DNA of 64,000 nt from Octopus sinensis (Eukaryota): NCBI RefSeq assembly GCF_006345805.1, contig NC_043005.1, positions 16,368,001 to 16,432,000 on the forward strand. Reading direction: 5' to 3'. Positions 11,781-24,429 of this stretch are shown piece after piece. The notes under the pieces are model-generated. The model did no database searches. It was given only the letters and a program-made list of their open reading frames with translations, and was not told where the DNA came from. The position numbers and the translations under genes are program-made. How positions within the stretch are numbered: position 1 is the stretch's first letter; the number at the start of each line of letters is the position of its first letter.

Positions 11781-13002
11781 CATTATTGTTGTTGTTGTTA
11801 TTGTTATTATTATTATTATTATGATTATTATTATTATTAAATTAAAATCCATTCGGCAGTCATTTACTACAAAATGTATTTAAGAAAAATAAAATAATCA
11901 TTGAAAATTCGACAGATATTTGTGGTTGAAGCATGGATTGACTTTCTGATATGTTTTTTTTGTGTTTTTTTTTTCTTGCTTTAGCTTTAGGTCTAGCTCT
12001 AGGTCTGTCACAATCAAGAGCTGACCTGTGATAAAAGTAGATCATTCCAGCTGTAACCATCCTGCCTTTTTTAATCTGATACATTGTAGTCTTCATTTTA
12101 AGACAGTGAGGTACGATGTAAAGGATCTTATATAACCACATAATGGTTCCAGTTCTTCTCATTCGCTTTCTGCACTTATTGACAATGAGACTTATGGTAT
12201 GTGTGGTGGTGGTGGTGGTGGTGGTGGTGGTGGTGGTGGTTAAATTATATTTAAAAATTTGCATGTAAATTAGCAGAGCAAGAACAGTAAGTGAGAGTGT
12301 GTGTGTGTCCTTTTACTAGTTTCAGTTATAGGACTGTGACCTTGCCAGAGCACCGTTTTCAAGAATTTTAGTCACTTATATATTATCAAATATATTTTCT
12401 CATTAAGGGATTGAGGCTAAAGTTGAGTTAGCAAACCACTCCCAGGATAATTACAGGTGAGTATTTCTTTAATATCTCTCACCTCAATATTTGAACTAAT
12501 AGAGTTAATTCAAGGCTCACCCCTAATACATGTGATATATCCGATGAACTTCAAAGGGGCCATATGAAATGCTGTCATACATTTACTCTAATTCTGTACT
12601 AGTTTTGTCATCTTTTCTGTCTTCTATGAATATAGTCTGAGGAAACGACAGGTTTAAAAAAAAATTTCTAATGAACTGACCACAGCAAATTACAAGTACA
12701 TTTCTTATTACCTTTCCATCTCCAAAGGAATGAAGCACAAAGCGAGAAAACTATATAAGGTATTCAGTCTTGTTGGTATTCTGTTCATTCCGCAAACCTC
12801 ATCATCTTCTATGAATTCCAATAACGGAAATAATTTTCCCAGTATGTCTTTTATCCTCCAGGAGAGATGAAGGTAAAAACTACCTCAGGCTGGATTTGAA
12901 CCTGAACCATAATTAGATATGACTAAATGGTGTAAAAGATTTTTCTGTTTTTTCAATTTTTGTTTCCAACACTCTACCAAATCTACCATCCACTGCTCAA
13001 CA

Positions 13003-13057
<55 letters not shown>

Positions 13058-13063
13058 GTAATG

Positions 13064-13107
<44 letters not shown>

Positions 13108-13524
13108 TTTAATAATAATAATAATAATGGTGAAGTGGCTAGTTATTTAGTAGAGTAATTGTGAATGTTCATTAATGTCAGTTGCTACATCAAAATATAC
13201 ACAGATCTGATTTAAAACAAATAAAACAAAAACACATCTCAATTAATTAACAAAACAGTGATTATGATAATAATGGTGATAATGTTGGTTATTGATGGTG
13301 AGTATAATAATGGTACCGATGATGATGGTGATGATGATGGAAATTATGAAGTTTATTACACAGGTTTATGAAACAGCAGTTTTGCTCTGATCAAAAGCAG
13401 GCTGTATGCGTATGCTTGTGTGTTGGTGTGTGTGTGTGTACATTTATTATATGTGCATGTGTGTGTGTGTCTAGGAGTGTATGTCTACATGTGTTTAATC
13501 TGTGTGTATGCATGCCCATGTGGG

Positions 13525-13830
13525 TTGTTTGTTCCTTCTCGAGCCATGCCTGGCTCATAAGGACCAGTTTCCCGTTTTTTTTGGCGTATAGGTTCCCCAC
13601 CTGGACGGGACGCCGGTCCGTCGCAGGTGAGCTGCAAGATGCAGGAGGAAAGAGTGAGAGAAAGTTGTGGCAGAAGAGTCAGCAGAAGTTTCGCCATTAC
13701 CTTCTGCCGGAGCCGCGTGGAGCTTAGGTGTTTTCGCTCATAAACGCACACATCGTCCGGTCTGAGATTCGAACCCGCGATCCCTCGACCGCGAGTCCGC
13801 TGCTCTAACCACCAGGCCATGTGCCTCCAC
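13525..13830 (-). mobile_element. tRNA-derived SINE family D (V/Meta-like central domain, AAAC tail)
   Basis: Minus strand: TGGCCTGGTGGTTAGAGCAGCGGAC...GGGTTCGAATCTC (A and B boxes), central CCTGCGACGGACCGGCGTCCCGTCCAGG, 3' GGCTCGAGAAGGAACAAAC. Confidence 0.88.
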
Positions 13831-14052
13831 ACGTATGTGGGTGCATGCATGTGTCTGTATTTTGCTGCGAATGTATGCCTGCATGTGTTTAATCTGCATG
13901 TGGTGTGTGTGTGTCTGTCTGCCTATTGTTGCTAGACCCAACAGGTTTCCATCGTCCCTTATAACTACACAGGCAGACACAATGTCAGCAACTGCTGCCG
14001 TTTAAATTAACAATCAAAAATACATATGTCTACAACAACAACAACAACAACA

Positions 14053-14085
<33 letters not shown>

Positions 14086-14749
14086 GCTTTTTTTTTCAAG
14101 TTAAACGAAAGAGTTTGAATGAGTAATTCTTTTTGTTTTGTTATTTTTCTTTCTTCTCACTCTCTCCCTCTCTCTTTTTTAAGAGAGAGAGAGAGAGAGA
14201 GAGAAGAAAAGTTCTGAAAATAAATGCCAAATTCCAGCAGTTTTTTACTCTATTTTCTCTGCCATCCCCTGAGTCAAATCTTGGTAAAAAAAAATTTCAT
14301 TTTTTAAATGACAACAGATTCGTCTGATCTTCCCCTGTCTGTTTGTTTCTCTCTTTCTCTCATCAACAAATACAAAAATCACACAGACACACACACACAC
14401 ACACACACATATACATATATGCAGCTATGTTCAACCGAAGAATTACAAGACAATATAAATTATATATATGTTACCAGTGGAAACAACTAAATTTAGATTG
14501 TCAAAAAGCAGTATTTTAGGGATAAAATTTACTTCAGATTTTTCACTTAGTCACACCCAGCCACACACCACATATATAAAACATATAGAAAACGTGTTTC
14601 AAAGAAGCACATAGCTAATACAAGTTTCAAAGGTACCACAGCTAATATTATAGTTCTAATGAATAAAACCATGTTTGGAGATTTTACAGAACTGAAATTA
14701 GGAAATTTGGCTTAGACAAAGTAAAATATATTCCTCTTCCCATTTACTG

Positions 14750-15290
14750 TGACAGTAATTATACAGCAAGGATAGTCGTTATCAATCTTACTATCACTTC
14801 TGCCACCACCATTTTAGTTTCCTATAAATACTGTACACTTTATTATACACACGGTGCCAACCTTACCCTGCTTGTTCTACCAACATTTACTAAACATCTC
14901 TGTACTACCCAGAGTAGCCCTGCTTTATATACCCTATCATGGTTTGCCATAAAGGTATCTCTCCAATCTTGACTATACTTCATTACATATAAAGACATTC
15001 AAAGGCAGTACTTCTCCTTTTTACCTTACACACCTCTGTACTAATCAAAAACAATCCTACCTGCCTCATTTTCAATGCTTACCTTGCACACTTCTACACA
15101 AACAAAGACAGACCCTACTGTCTCCACTAACAATATTCACCTTACTCACATCTACACCAACCATAGCTAGCCCTAACTTCACTTAAAATATTTACTTCAC
15201 CTATACATTAACTGAGGTTTAGCCCTAACTTCTGCGCTTTCACTGCTTACATTACATACCTCTATATTTACTCTATTTTTCCTCCACAGT
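14750..15290. repeat. Decayed C-rich tandem repeat, apparent ~50-60 bp period
   Basis: (A/G)CCCTA(A)C-like motifs recur at ~14856, 14911, 15053, 15111, 15169 and 15220, with strong C-over-G strand skew. Confidence 0.4.
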
Positions 15291-15312
15291 CAAGATGTAA
15301 CCATCATTTTAC

Positions 15313-15358
<46 letters not shown>

Positions 15359-15495
15359 GTGAAGCAGTTAGTTATTTAGTAGAGTAATTGTGAAATGTTC
15401 ATTAATGTCAGTTGGATTAGACATTCATAGATCTCCCTCTACACTCGAAATAGCTGCCCTATCAGAACTAACAAAATAATCACATCATCCCTCTT

Positions 15496-15557
<62 letters not shown>

Positions 15558-15993
15558 ATGTATGCACGCACCTGTCTGTATGACTGACCTCTGACACCGA
15601 AGACAACAAACACTTTCACAGTAACAAACAAACAAACATCACATGGACAGATGAAATGGTTTCCTGGTGAAACTTAACAAAAAACTGTCACAATTCAGCA
15701 ATATCTATGTTCCTTATTGTTTTAATTATAAATATGTTAAAAAAATATTTCTGTTATTATTGTTGTTGTTGGTTGCTATTGTTGTTGTTGTTGTTATTGT
15801 AGTTGATATACAGTCTTTGTTATTTTGTAGTTTCTCAGTCTTCATCTGTTTCTCTTCTGATGTTTGGTGGAACAATAAGCAGTTAGATCTGGTAAAAGAA
15901 AGCCAAAAGAAAAAAATATATATAGATATATATATATATATATATTTACAAATATCTATTTATATACACACAGAAATACACACACAAACATAT

Positions 15994-16060
<67 letters not shown>

Positions 16061-16134
16061 TAAAAAAAACTTAACTCATATATATATATATATATATAAT
16101 ATTCATACAAACACATATGTATTCATAAGAACAC

Positions 16135-16172
<38 letters not shown>

Positions 16173-16291
16173 CATAAAATACATTCATAAATGAAAATTT
16201 AAAGCATATTTATATGCTTAAAATATTTTTTCACAATGTACAATAACATCAGTTTTTCACAAGTTACTATAACTGGATTATGATGATGCCA

Positions 16292-16322
<31 letters not shown>

Positions 16323-16731
16323 CGATGATGATGATGTTGGTGGTGGTGGTGGTGATGTGGTGGTGGCAAGGTGGCAGAGGTTGTTAGCTGTCAGTGGCAT
16401 CATCACCATCATCATCATCATCATCCTCATCACCATCATCAATTTGAGGAGAAGGAGGAGGTAATTCATATTGAATATGGTGTAATCTTTTGTTCTTTTA
16501 TGAGTTTCACTCTCTGGACTGTGGCCATGCTATGGCACCACTCTGATATAACCAGCCCCAGGACTTACTTTAGGACTGGTTCTTAATCAATCACTCTTTT
16601 TAGCTGAGCTGCTAAATTACAGAGACATAAACAAACCAACACTGGTTGTCAAGTAGGGAGAGACAAACACAAAATGTATGCACATGCACACACACACACA
16701 CAACACATTCACATAAATGCACACACATGTT

Positions 16732-17052
16732 GGCACATGAAAAACATTAGAGCGAGGTCGTTGCCAGTGCTGCTAGACTGGCTCCTGTGCAGGTGGCATG
16801 TAAAAAACACCATTTGAGCGTAGCCATTGCCAGTACCGCCTGACTGGCCCTCGTGCCGGTGGTACATAAAAGCACCCACTACACTCTCAGAGTGGTTGGC
16901 GTTAGGAAGGGCATCCAGCAGTAGAAACTCTGCCAGATCAGATTGGAGCTTGGTGCAGCCATCTGGTTTGCCAGTCCTCAGTCAAATCATCCAACCCATG
17001 CTAGCATGGAAAGCGGATGTTAAACGATGATGATGATGATGATGATGATGAT
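16732..17052 (+). mobile_element. Family C retroposon with (GAT)n tail
   Basis: Core GGTTGGCGTTAGGAAGGGCATCCAGCAGTAGAAACTCTGCC, 3' end CCCATGCTAGCATGGAAAGCGGATGTTAAACG followed by (GAT)n. Confidence 0.85.
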
Positions 17053-17557
17053 GCAGGTCTTCCATACAATTTCTGTCAACCAAAATCGCTCAAGGCATCG
17101 GTCAGTTTGGAGCCATAGTAAAAAGCATCCAGCCCCAGGGTGCCATACAGTGGGACTGAACCTGAGGCTAAATGGTTATAATGCAAACTTCTTAACCCTA
17201 TCACCAAGCTTACACTTTAAAATAAAACAGCAAATGAGAGATGTCAACGATATCAGCCAAGACAATAATATAGAGATAAGCTGATGTAAGGGTCAAGCCA
17301 ACAGGGGATGCAAGAAACAGCAGCTAAATTTTCCTCAAATCATAACCCACCATGTTAAAGGGCAGGGTGTGTGGGACACATTAGAAATGTAACCCTAAAT
17401 ACTAAAAAATAAAAGTGGGGATGTTCATTCCCTGAAACTCCTTTCATCATAAGTCTGCTTATTCAGGATTGACCTGAGGCTAAAGAATAACAAAAACAAT
17501 GACAAGAGTGATGACAACAATGTTTAAAGAGTAAGATAAATATCAAACCATGTCTGC

Positions 17558-17941
17558 CTAGTTTTCTTTTCGTTTTTGACCCGATTCCGACTTGGCATCA
17601 TCTTCTCCAACAAGATCAGGGAAAACAGGTTGATTTTCATTATCAGGACTACTTGATTTCTTTACGACATTTTCCCAAAATGTCGCCTTTGCTGCTGTCC
17701 CTCCTTTTACTGTACCCGTCTCTTCCGTTTCAGAAGGAGCTACAGGTGCCAGAGACTTCTTGGTAGATTTTGTAATGATTTCAGTGCCACCTGGTGGCCC
17801 TGGTGCAGGGATTGTTTTAAGACTTGGCCGTGGTCGTTGTGTAGGTTTGCCGTCGAGTGAGATGGTCGAGATTCCACTCTTCTCGCTTTTTAAGTTCTCC
17901 ATCTGAAGTTTTGATAAACTTCGAGCTGTGATGCTGTGAAT
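17558..17941 (-). CDS. Coding exon with stop codon (probable last coding exon of an isoform) of an unidentified Ser/Lys/Pro-rich protein
   Basis: Strong acceptor CTAATTTCTTCTTTTCCTTTCTGAATGTTTTTTCAG|ATT (AG at 17943-17942), phase 0. Open for 128 codons including the stop, IHSITARSLSKLQMENLKSEKSG...KATFWENVVKK...KRKEN*. Non-repetitive, GC-richer than its flanks. Confidence 0.85.
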   Translation of the reverse strand: MHSITARSLSKLQMENLKSEKSGISTISLDGKPTQRPRPSLKTIPAPGPPGGTEIITKSTKKSLAPVAPSETEETGTVKGGTAAKATFWENVVKKSSSPDNENQPVFPDLVGEDDAKSESGQKRKEN

Positions 17942-18221
17942 CTGAAAAAACATTCAGAAAGGAAAAGAAGAAATTAGATTTTTTAATGTATAACATTTAA
18001 ACGTAGTTCAAGATAAACCTATGGAATTTACATATGTAGGACATGTATACAGATACAAATAAGCACTCACATACATACATGCACACCAATCTGTGTATGG
18101 GTAGATATATCTGCTATTCATACACACATATATATGTATGTCTATATGTACATTGTGTGTGTGTGTGTGTGTGTGTGTGTTTATATATAATCATGTATGT
18201 ATGTATATATATATATATATA

Positions 18222-18398
18222 TACATGACCTCGTGTGTACCATTGGCAATTTTTTTCCTCTGGATCTTTCCTTCTCCTATGTTTCCAACGAAGAGCTCTG
18301 CTCAAAACGTTAAACCCTCCTTCTCTCCTGAGCATCAAAATATATTTGTTCCACGTCCTCGCATTGTTTGTTTTTTTTGTGCTTTTTGTTTGGATTAA
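18222..18398 (+). mobile_element. Short Penelope-like terminal-repeat-derived element next to (TA)n, carrying a decayed minimal hammerhead at 18281-18315
   Basis: Reverse-complement homolog of 26655-26860. Contains GTTT-CCAACGA-A-GAGC-TCT-GCTC-AAAA-CG-T-T-AAAC. Confidence 0.65.
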
Positions 18399-18399
18399 C

Positions 18400-18536
18400 T
18401 TTATATATATATATATTTATATATATAATATATATATATATATATAATATTATACATATATATATATCACTATATAATATATATATATATATATTATATA
18501 TTACATATATATACTATATACATATATATATATAAC

Positions 18537-18569
<33 letters not shown>

Positions 18570-18724
18570 CAATATATATATATATATATATACATATATT
18601 ATATAATACATATATATATATATATATATAAATATATATATTATATACATATTATATATATTATATACATATATATATATAGATATATACATATATATAT
18701 AATATACATATATATATATACACA

Positions 18725-18756
<32 letters not shown>

Positions 18757-19027
18757 ATACATATATATATATATATATATACATATATATATACATATAT
18801 ATATACATATATATATTATACATATAATATATATATATACATATATATATACATATATATATACAATATATACATATATATACATATATATAAATATATA
18901 TATACATATATATACATATACATATACATATATATACATATACATATACAATATATAGACATTATATACTATATATACATATATATATATTATATCATAC
19001 ATATATATATAGTATATTATATACATA

Positions 19028-19067
<40 letters not shown>

Positions 19068-19070
19068 CAT
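18400..19070. repeat. Compound (TA)n/(TATACA)n microsatellite array
   Basis: Directly visible. It explains the YI-rich ORFs in the track. Confidence 0.97.
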
Positions 19071-19357
19071 AGTGAGTTAGGATCCCAGAAAAACAGGGTC
19101 TCACTGAAGAATTCTCCCTGGGCAAATAAATTATCTTTATTGCTGAAAGAAAGAAACTGCCGTCTGAGAATTACCGGTTTAGTAAATGTTTTTATCTTCA
19201 TTTCACTTAATTTATCAAGCTTCTGTATTCTAGCACATATTTCGCCTTAATGTACTGATATATGAAAAATATATGGCTTGTGTTAGTAATACCAGCGATT
19301 ATAATTATTTTTATTTTATCGAATTTGATTTGTTTATATATTACATATATATATATA

Positions 19358-19446
<89 letters not shown>

Positions 19447-19451
19447 CATAT

Positions 19452-19484
<33 letters not shown>

Positions 19485-19502
19485 GATATAAATATATATA
19501 AT

Positions 19503-19544
<42 letters not shown>

Positions 19545-19570
19545 CATATATATATATATAATATAATATA

Positions 19571-19925
19571 CTTTACTTTGATACTTTGATAGGTTCGGCC
19601 ATTATTGGCCCAGGCCATGTCTAACTTAATAGCACCACCTGGTGAAGCTTTCAAGTCAGAATTGGGCCCTATGGCCCACTCAAGTAGAGAGTTATTGTTT
19701 ACAGAGACATATTCCGGGTGTAGGGGGTTTATCCGGGATTTTTCTGAAGAATCTGTCCAAAGACTTCTTGAACCCTATAGGGTCAGTTTCTGTTTTAATG
19801 TGTTTTGGTGTAATGTTAAAGAGAGCGGGGCCAATTGAGGTGAAATAATTGTGCCGTATTGTTGTTATGAGATTAGAGAGTGCGATTTTGTATTGGGCGG
19901 ATGGCACGGGGCCCAAGCCTTGGAT
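19571..19925 (-). mobile_element. 3' end of a CR1/L2-group LINE
   Basis: TIRHNYFTSIGPALFNITPKHIKTETDPIGFKKSLDRFFRKIPDKPPTPG matches the 'R.N.F...GP.LFN.LP..I.......FK..LD.FL..IPD.P..PGY' terminus. It is followed by a short UTR and an (ATCAAAGT)-type tail. Confidence 0.82.
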
Positions 19926-19995
19926 GTTACCTTAAAGGTGATGCCAAATCATTTGGCAATGCTGATGGAATATTTTCCACATCATGCAGACTATC

Positions 19996-20045
<50 letters not shown>

Positions 20046-20415
20046 CATACATGATTTTGTTGTTATGCATATGAGTGCCTGTGTGAGTAGATGTGTGCAT
20101 GCAGGTTAGGTATGCGTACATGAAAGTCTGTGTATATGTGTTTATGTATGTGTAGTATAATATAGAAGAGAGCAAAGTGTTGTGTATGTGGTGTAGAGAG
20201 AGAGAGAGAGAGAGCGTAAGAGAGAGTAACCTGTTGTTTGGGCAAGAAGTTAATGCTGGAGGTTTTCGTCTCTAACATACAAAACTAAACAGTGCAACAG
20301 TGTGCAGTTGAATATAGTGTACAATGAACATTCAAAAATTAAAATTGAACTCAACAAAAAATAAAGAAAACATAAAGAGAATAAAAAATGCAGGCATAAA
20401 AAAAAACAAAATTGA

Positions 20416-20478
<63 letters not shown>

Positions 20479-20483
<5 letters not shown>

Positions 20484-20854
20484 GAGCACTCAGAGAGCGC
20501 AAACTTCTGCCAAGGCAACACCAATGTTCCTTTCAACAATTAGCTGGAGATGATTTTTAAAATGAGAATATCTTAAATAAATTTGATTGCTCTCACAAAG
20601 TGAGAATACTAAAAATGAACCCGACTGCTCTCAAAAATTAAGTAAAATAACAAAAAATAATCCAGAATCCTTGTCCGGTACTGGATTGATCCCAAAATCT
20701 GATCAGTTCATGCCAGTCATGAGGCCAAACATCCCTGAAAGTTTCATCTGAATCCATCCATTTAGATATCTTGTCCACAGACAAACAAACAAATGAAACT
20801 GACTGAAAACAATACCTCCGCCTACCTCCGCCTTCGGTAAGGTGGAGGTATTAA
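20479..20854. mobile_element. Non-autonomous Helentron-type (HINE/DINE-like) element
   Basis: One end is AACAAGAGCACTCAGAGAGCGCA. The other has GAAAACAATACCTCCGCC...TTCGGTAAGGTGGAGGTATTAA (subterminal inverted repeat/hairpin) preceded by ACAGACAAACAAACAAA. Confidence 0.65.
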
Positions 20855-21301
20855 CCGCAGTCAAAGACATTCCTCAAATGTCTCTTAAAAACAGAAATTA
20901 ACAGAGAGAGACAAGCATTTAAGGATGGAGAAAAATACTCATTGACATTTCTGTAAAATTACTATTATTAGCTTTCGTTTCTTTGTTTACTTAACTTTAG
21001 CAGAATCTGGCATTTTAGAATTTAGATTATTTCTTCATCTACACAAAGACTTTTGTAAAAAAAGCAAAAATAGTTTTCTAAATTTGTAAATTTTTTTCAT
21101 GCAAAATAAAAAAAAAAAGCAAAAATATAAATGTCCTATATATGAAAGTACAATTATATTTAAAATGCTTGTGTACACTTCGATGTGGGAAGAGGTTTGG
21201 CAGCAAAAAGTTCTCCTCATAGAAAACAAATGCAAAAATACATCACTAGGTTATGAATGACGCCAGCAGATTCTAGAATTCATATGTTTTGGTATTATTA
21301 T

Positions 21302-21305
<4 letters not shown>

Positions 21306-21336
<31 letters not shown>

Positions 21337-21664
21337 GTTGTCGTCGTCGTCATCGTTTAACGTCTGCTTTCCATGCTGGCATGGGTTACATGGTTTCACT
21401 AAGGACTGGCAAGCCAGGAGGCTGCACCAGGCTCCAGTTTGATCTACCAAGGTTTCTATAGCTGGATGCCCTTCCTAATGCCAACCACTCCAAGAGTTGC
21501 TTTTTACGTGCCGCTGGCATGGGGTCCAATTTGCCGGCACTGGCATCAACCACTCTCAAATGGTGCTTTTTATATGCCACCAGCACAGAAGCCAGTCAGG
21601 TGGCACTGGCATTAACCACACTCAAATGGTGCTATTTACATGCCACCAGTATGGATGCTAGTCA
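21306..21664 (-). mobile_element. Family C retroposon
   Basis: (CAT)n followed by CGTTTAACGTCTGCTTTCCATGCTGGCATGGG...GCTGGATGCCCTTCCTAATGCCAACCACTCC. Confidence 0.85.
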
Positions 21665-22214
21665 GGCAGCAGTCATTTACAGCTCTGTTAAAAACAGTTG
21701 TTCTTATATATTATATAGAACAGCAAATTATACATTTGCTGATGGGCAAAGCTTGCTCAAGCTAAACATATATTTCAGTCAACACTGCTTTGTGTGCCTC
21801 TAGTTAACTAATTTCAACAAGTTCTGCAGGATTTCCATCTTAGTTGCTGACAGACTGACTTCTATGGCTATTGATCTGATATCCTCAATCACATCATTAG
21901 GATTTCTCATCTTCTATCATGGTGGTGGTAGAAAGATGAACATACCAAGCTGGGAATGAGGTGGCATAAAAAGTAAAAAACTTTAACCATCTCTTAAGTG
22001 AATACAGTAAGTTAACACAAAAAGAGTATAAGTGCTAGCATGACTGAGTTGGTAAGAGAGTGCAGTGGGGATGTTAGTCAAATGTAGGATTCAAAGTGAC
22101 AAAAGAGTGATGGTGAACAATAATTACAGGTTGGAGAAATCCCATAAAATCCTGTAAAAGACAGGCCACACTATTGAAGTAAGAAGACCAGATATGATTG
22201 TAGAGAACAGAAAT

Positions 22215-22617
22215 GGGTGCAGGCATGGTTGTGTGGTAAGAAGCTTGCTTCCCAACCACATGGTTCAAGGTTCAGTTCCACCATGTGGCACCTTGGACAA
22301 GTGTCTTCTACTATAGCCTTAGGCCAACCAAAGCCATATGAGTGGATTTGGTAGACGGAAACTGAAAGAAACTTGTTGTGTGTATGTGTGTGTGTATGTG
22401 TGTGTGTGTGTGTGTGTGTCCATCACCGTTTGACAACCGGTGTTGGTGTGCTTACATCCCCATAACTTAGCAGTTCAGCAAAACAGACCAATAGAATAAG
22501 TGGTAGGCTTTAAAAGAGTAAGTCCAGGGGTCGGTTTGTATGACTAAAACCCTTTAAGGCAGTGCTGCAGCATGGCCACAGTCAAATCACTGAAACAAGT
22601 TAAAGAATAAAAGAATA
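22215..22617 (+). mobile_element. tRNA-derived SINE family A
   Basis: Head GCAGGCATGGTTGTGTGGTAAGAAGCTTGCTTCCCAACCACATGGTTC, then GGCACCTTGGACAAGTGTCTTCTACTATAGCC, an internal (TG)n and the tail CAGTCAAATCACTGAAACAAGT. Confidence 0.85.
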
Positions 22618-22630
22618 ACATGATAAGAGA

Positions 22631-22961
22631 GTGGACATCAAAGAAATTCAGAAAATTGAGAAATGTGGCAAATATCAGAACCTAACCAGAGAGATAAAGA
22701 AATTGTGGAAGATAAAGGTGACAATTGTTCCTTTGGTAATTGGTGCACTTGGCACAACCACTCTGATACCCAAGAGGCTGAAAGGTATTGGAATTGAGAC
22801 ATGGATCACCAATCTGCAGAAAAATACAAACCTCTATTCTGCAAGAATCATAAAACAAGATTCTTGAGATTTGAAGAGACTTGCTGTCACCAAATCTCAA
22901 GAAAACATTCCTGTTAAGAAAAGTGGCATGTAATTATATGCTAACCTGCTAACCAGCGTCG

Positions 22962-22962
<1 letters not shown>
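22631..22962 (+). mobile_element. 5'-truncated R4/Dong-clade retrotransposon, second subfamily
   Basis: KYQNLTREIKKLWKIKVTIVPLVIGALGTT..IPKRLKGIGIETWITNLQK...SARII is an RLE C-terminus. The 3' UTR ends in (AAT)n at ~22963. Confidence 0.85.
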
Positions 22963-23007
<45 letters not shown>

Positions 23008-23023
23008 GTACTCATGGCTAATG

Positions 23024-23574
23024 CCCTGATGCAGTACCAGACAGTGGCTCTCATGGCTTCTGATCTTAACTGAATGGAAGTGTTATCATGTACATTGTTT
23101 TGTCTTGGTATAAAAGATGGGCTACAGTAAATATTCTGCTCAATACCACAGATTTGCTTGTCAGTTGTTTCACCTTAACCGGTTGAGCATATCCCTCAGT
23201 GGCTGACGATATGTGCATCTCTGATCATGAGCAGAAGTAATGGGGGGAGCATCATAGCCATGTGTTGAGAGGGATTCTTTAGGGTTTGAATAATTCACCT
23301 CTGGAAACATGGGTGGTTCGTTCAACATCCTTAAACAACCCTTATTCAGGGACCTTTTGAGCAGGATGGGTTACTTGTTCAGAAGAAAATTCTAACTGAG
23401 CCCCACCTGCAAGGTCATGTGCTGTTTATCTTGATATGAGATCATCATGTTGCGCACATATGATTGTGATGCATGTGCCTAGTGTACCCTTATCACATGG
23501 GTAGTCATGATGGGTATACTGGGCTTCATATATTTTACCCCAGTGTCACTTTGATGGCATGCGCTGCTCTCTCA

Positions 23575-23577
<3 letters not shown>
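23024..23577 (+). mobile_element. ~550 bp (AAT)n-flanked non-coding element
   Basis: Colinear with 4393-4934, with (AAT)n on both sides. Confidence 0.8.
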
Positions 23578-23611
<34 letters not shown>

Positions 23612-23835
23612 GGGGAGAGGACTAGTCAATTACATCAACTCCCAGTATTTCACTAGTACTTAATTTCATGAAAGGTAGAGTCAACCTCGGCAGAATTTGA
23701 ACACAGAATGTAGCGACAGGCGAAATACCGCTAAGCATTTGGTCCAGCATACTAACTATTCTGCCAGATCACCATCTTCTTCTTCTTCTTCATGATGATG
23801 ATGATGATGATGATGACATTGTCAGTATTATTATT

Positions 23836-24173
23836 ATGCCCAGCTGACAACAAGGTATGCAATAAGAAAGAAAGAAAAGTCGACAGATATGACAGGTTAG
23901 CTTGAGAGGTTAAGCAGTTGTGGTTGATGAAAAAGGTGGTAGTAGTATCATTAATTGTCAAAGCCCTGGGAACAGTGAGTAATAATTTTGAGAAGTACAT
24001 TGAACAAATAGGGGCTGCAATTAGGGTGTTAGCACTTGCAGAAAACAGCACTGCTTGGAACCGCTGGAATACTCTGGATGGTGCTCAAAAAATAAGGGGT
24101 GTTAACTTAGTTCACTGGTGGTGAACAGCTGGCATCGTAGTACAGCTCCAGCATTAGAAGCTGTGCAAAGGCA
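23836..24173 (+). mobile_element. 5'-truncated R4/Dong-clade retrotransposon, third subfamily
   Basis: CPADNKVCNKK..EKVDRYDRLA*EVKQLWLMKKVVVVSLIVKALGTVSNNFEKYIEQIGAAIRV../LQKTALLG is an RLE C-terminus. It ends in (AAT)n. Confidence 0.8.
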
Positions 24174-24390
24174 ATGATAATAATAATAATAATAATAATA
24201 ATATGGGTGTTAGATGTCTTCCACGATACCTAACATCTACATGCCAAGCCTTATAATTCATGGAAAGTGATCTAGAGAGATCCTGTGAGACCTTTGACAA
24301 CAGGTTGTTGTCTACTCTTGCAGAATTAACTGGAGCAACTAAAATTGAGAACTCTGGAAAGTAAAATATATTGATAATCAAAAAAAGAAA

Positions 24391-24429
<39 letters not shown>

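Noticed and set aside
11860-12264. 134 aa minus-strand ORF with a basic stretch (RPRARPKAKARKKKHKK), and a plus-strand AG...ATG|GTATGT exon-like segment
   Set aside because: The basic stretch comes from T-runs, no compatible splice phase with the 17558-17941 exon was found, and all plus frames contain stops.
13760-13830. tRNA gene (also the heads of SINE families A, B, D and 43486-43550)
   Set aside because: It has A/B boxes but no complete cloverleaf and is continuous with SINE bodies, so these are SINE heads, not tRNA genes.
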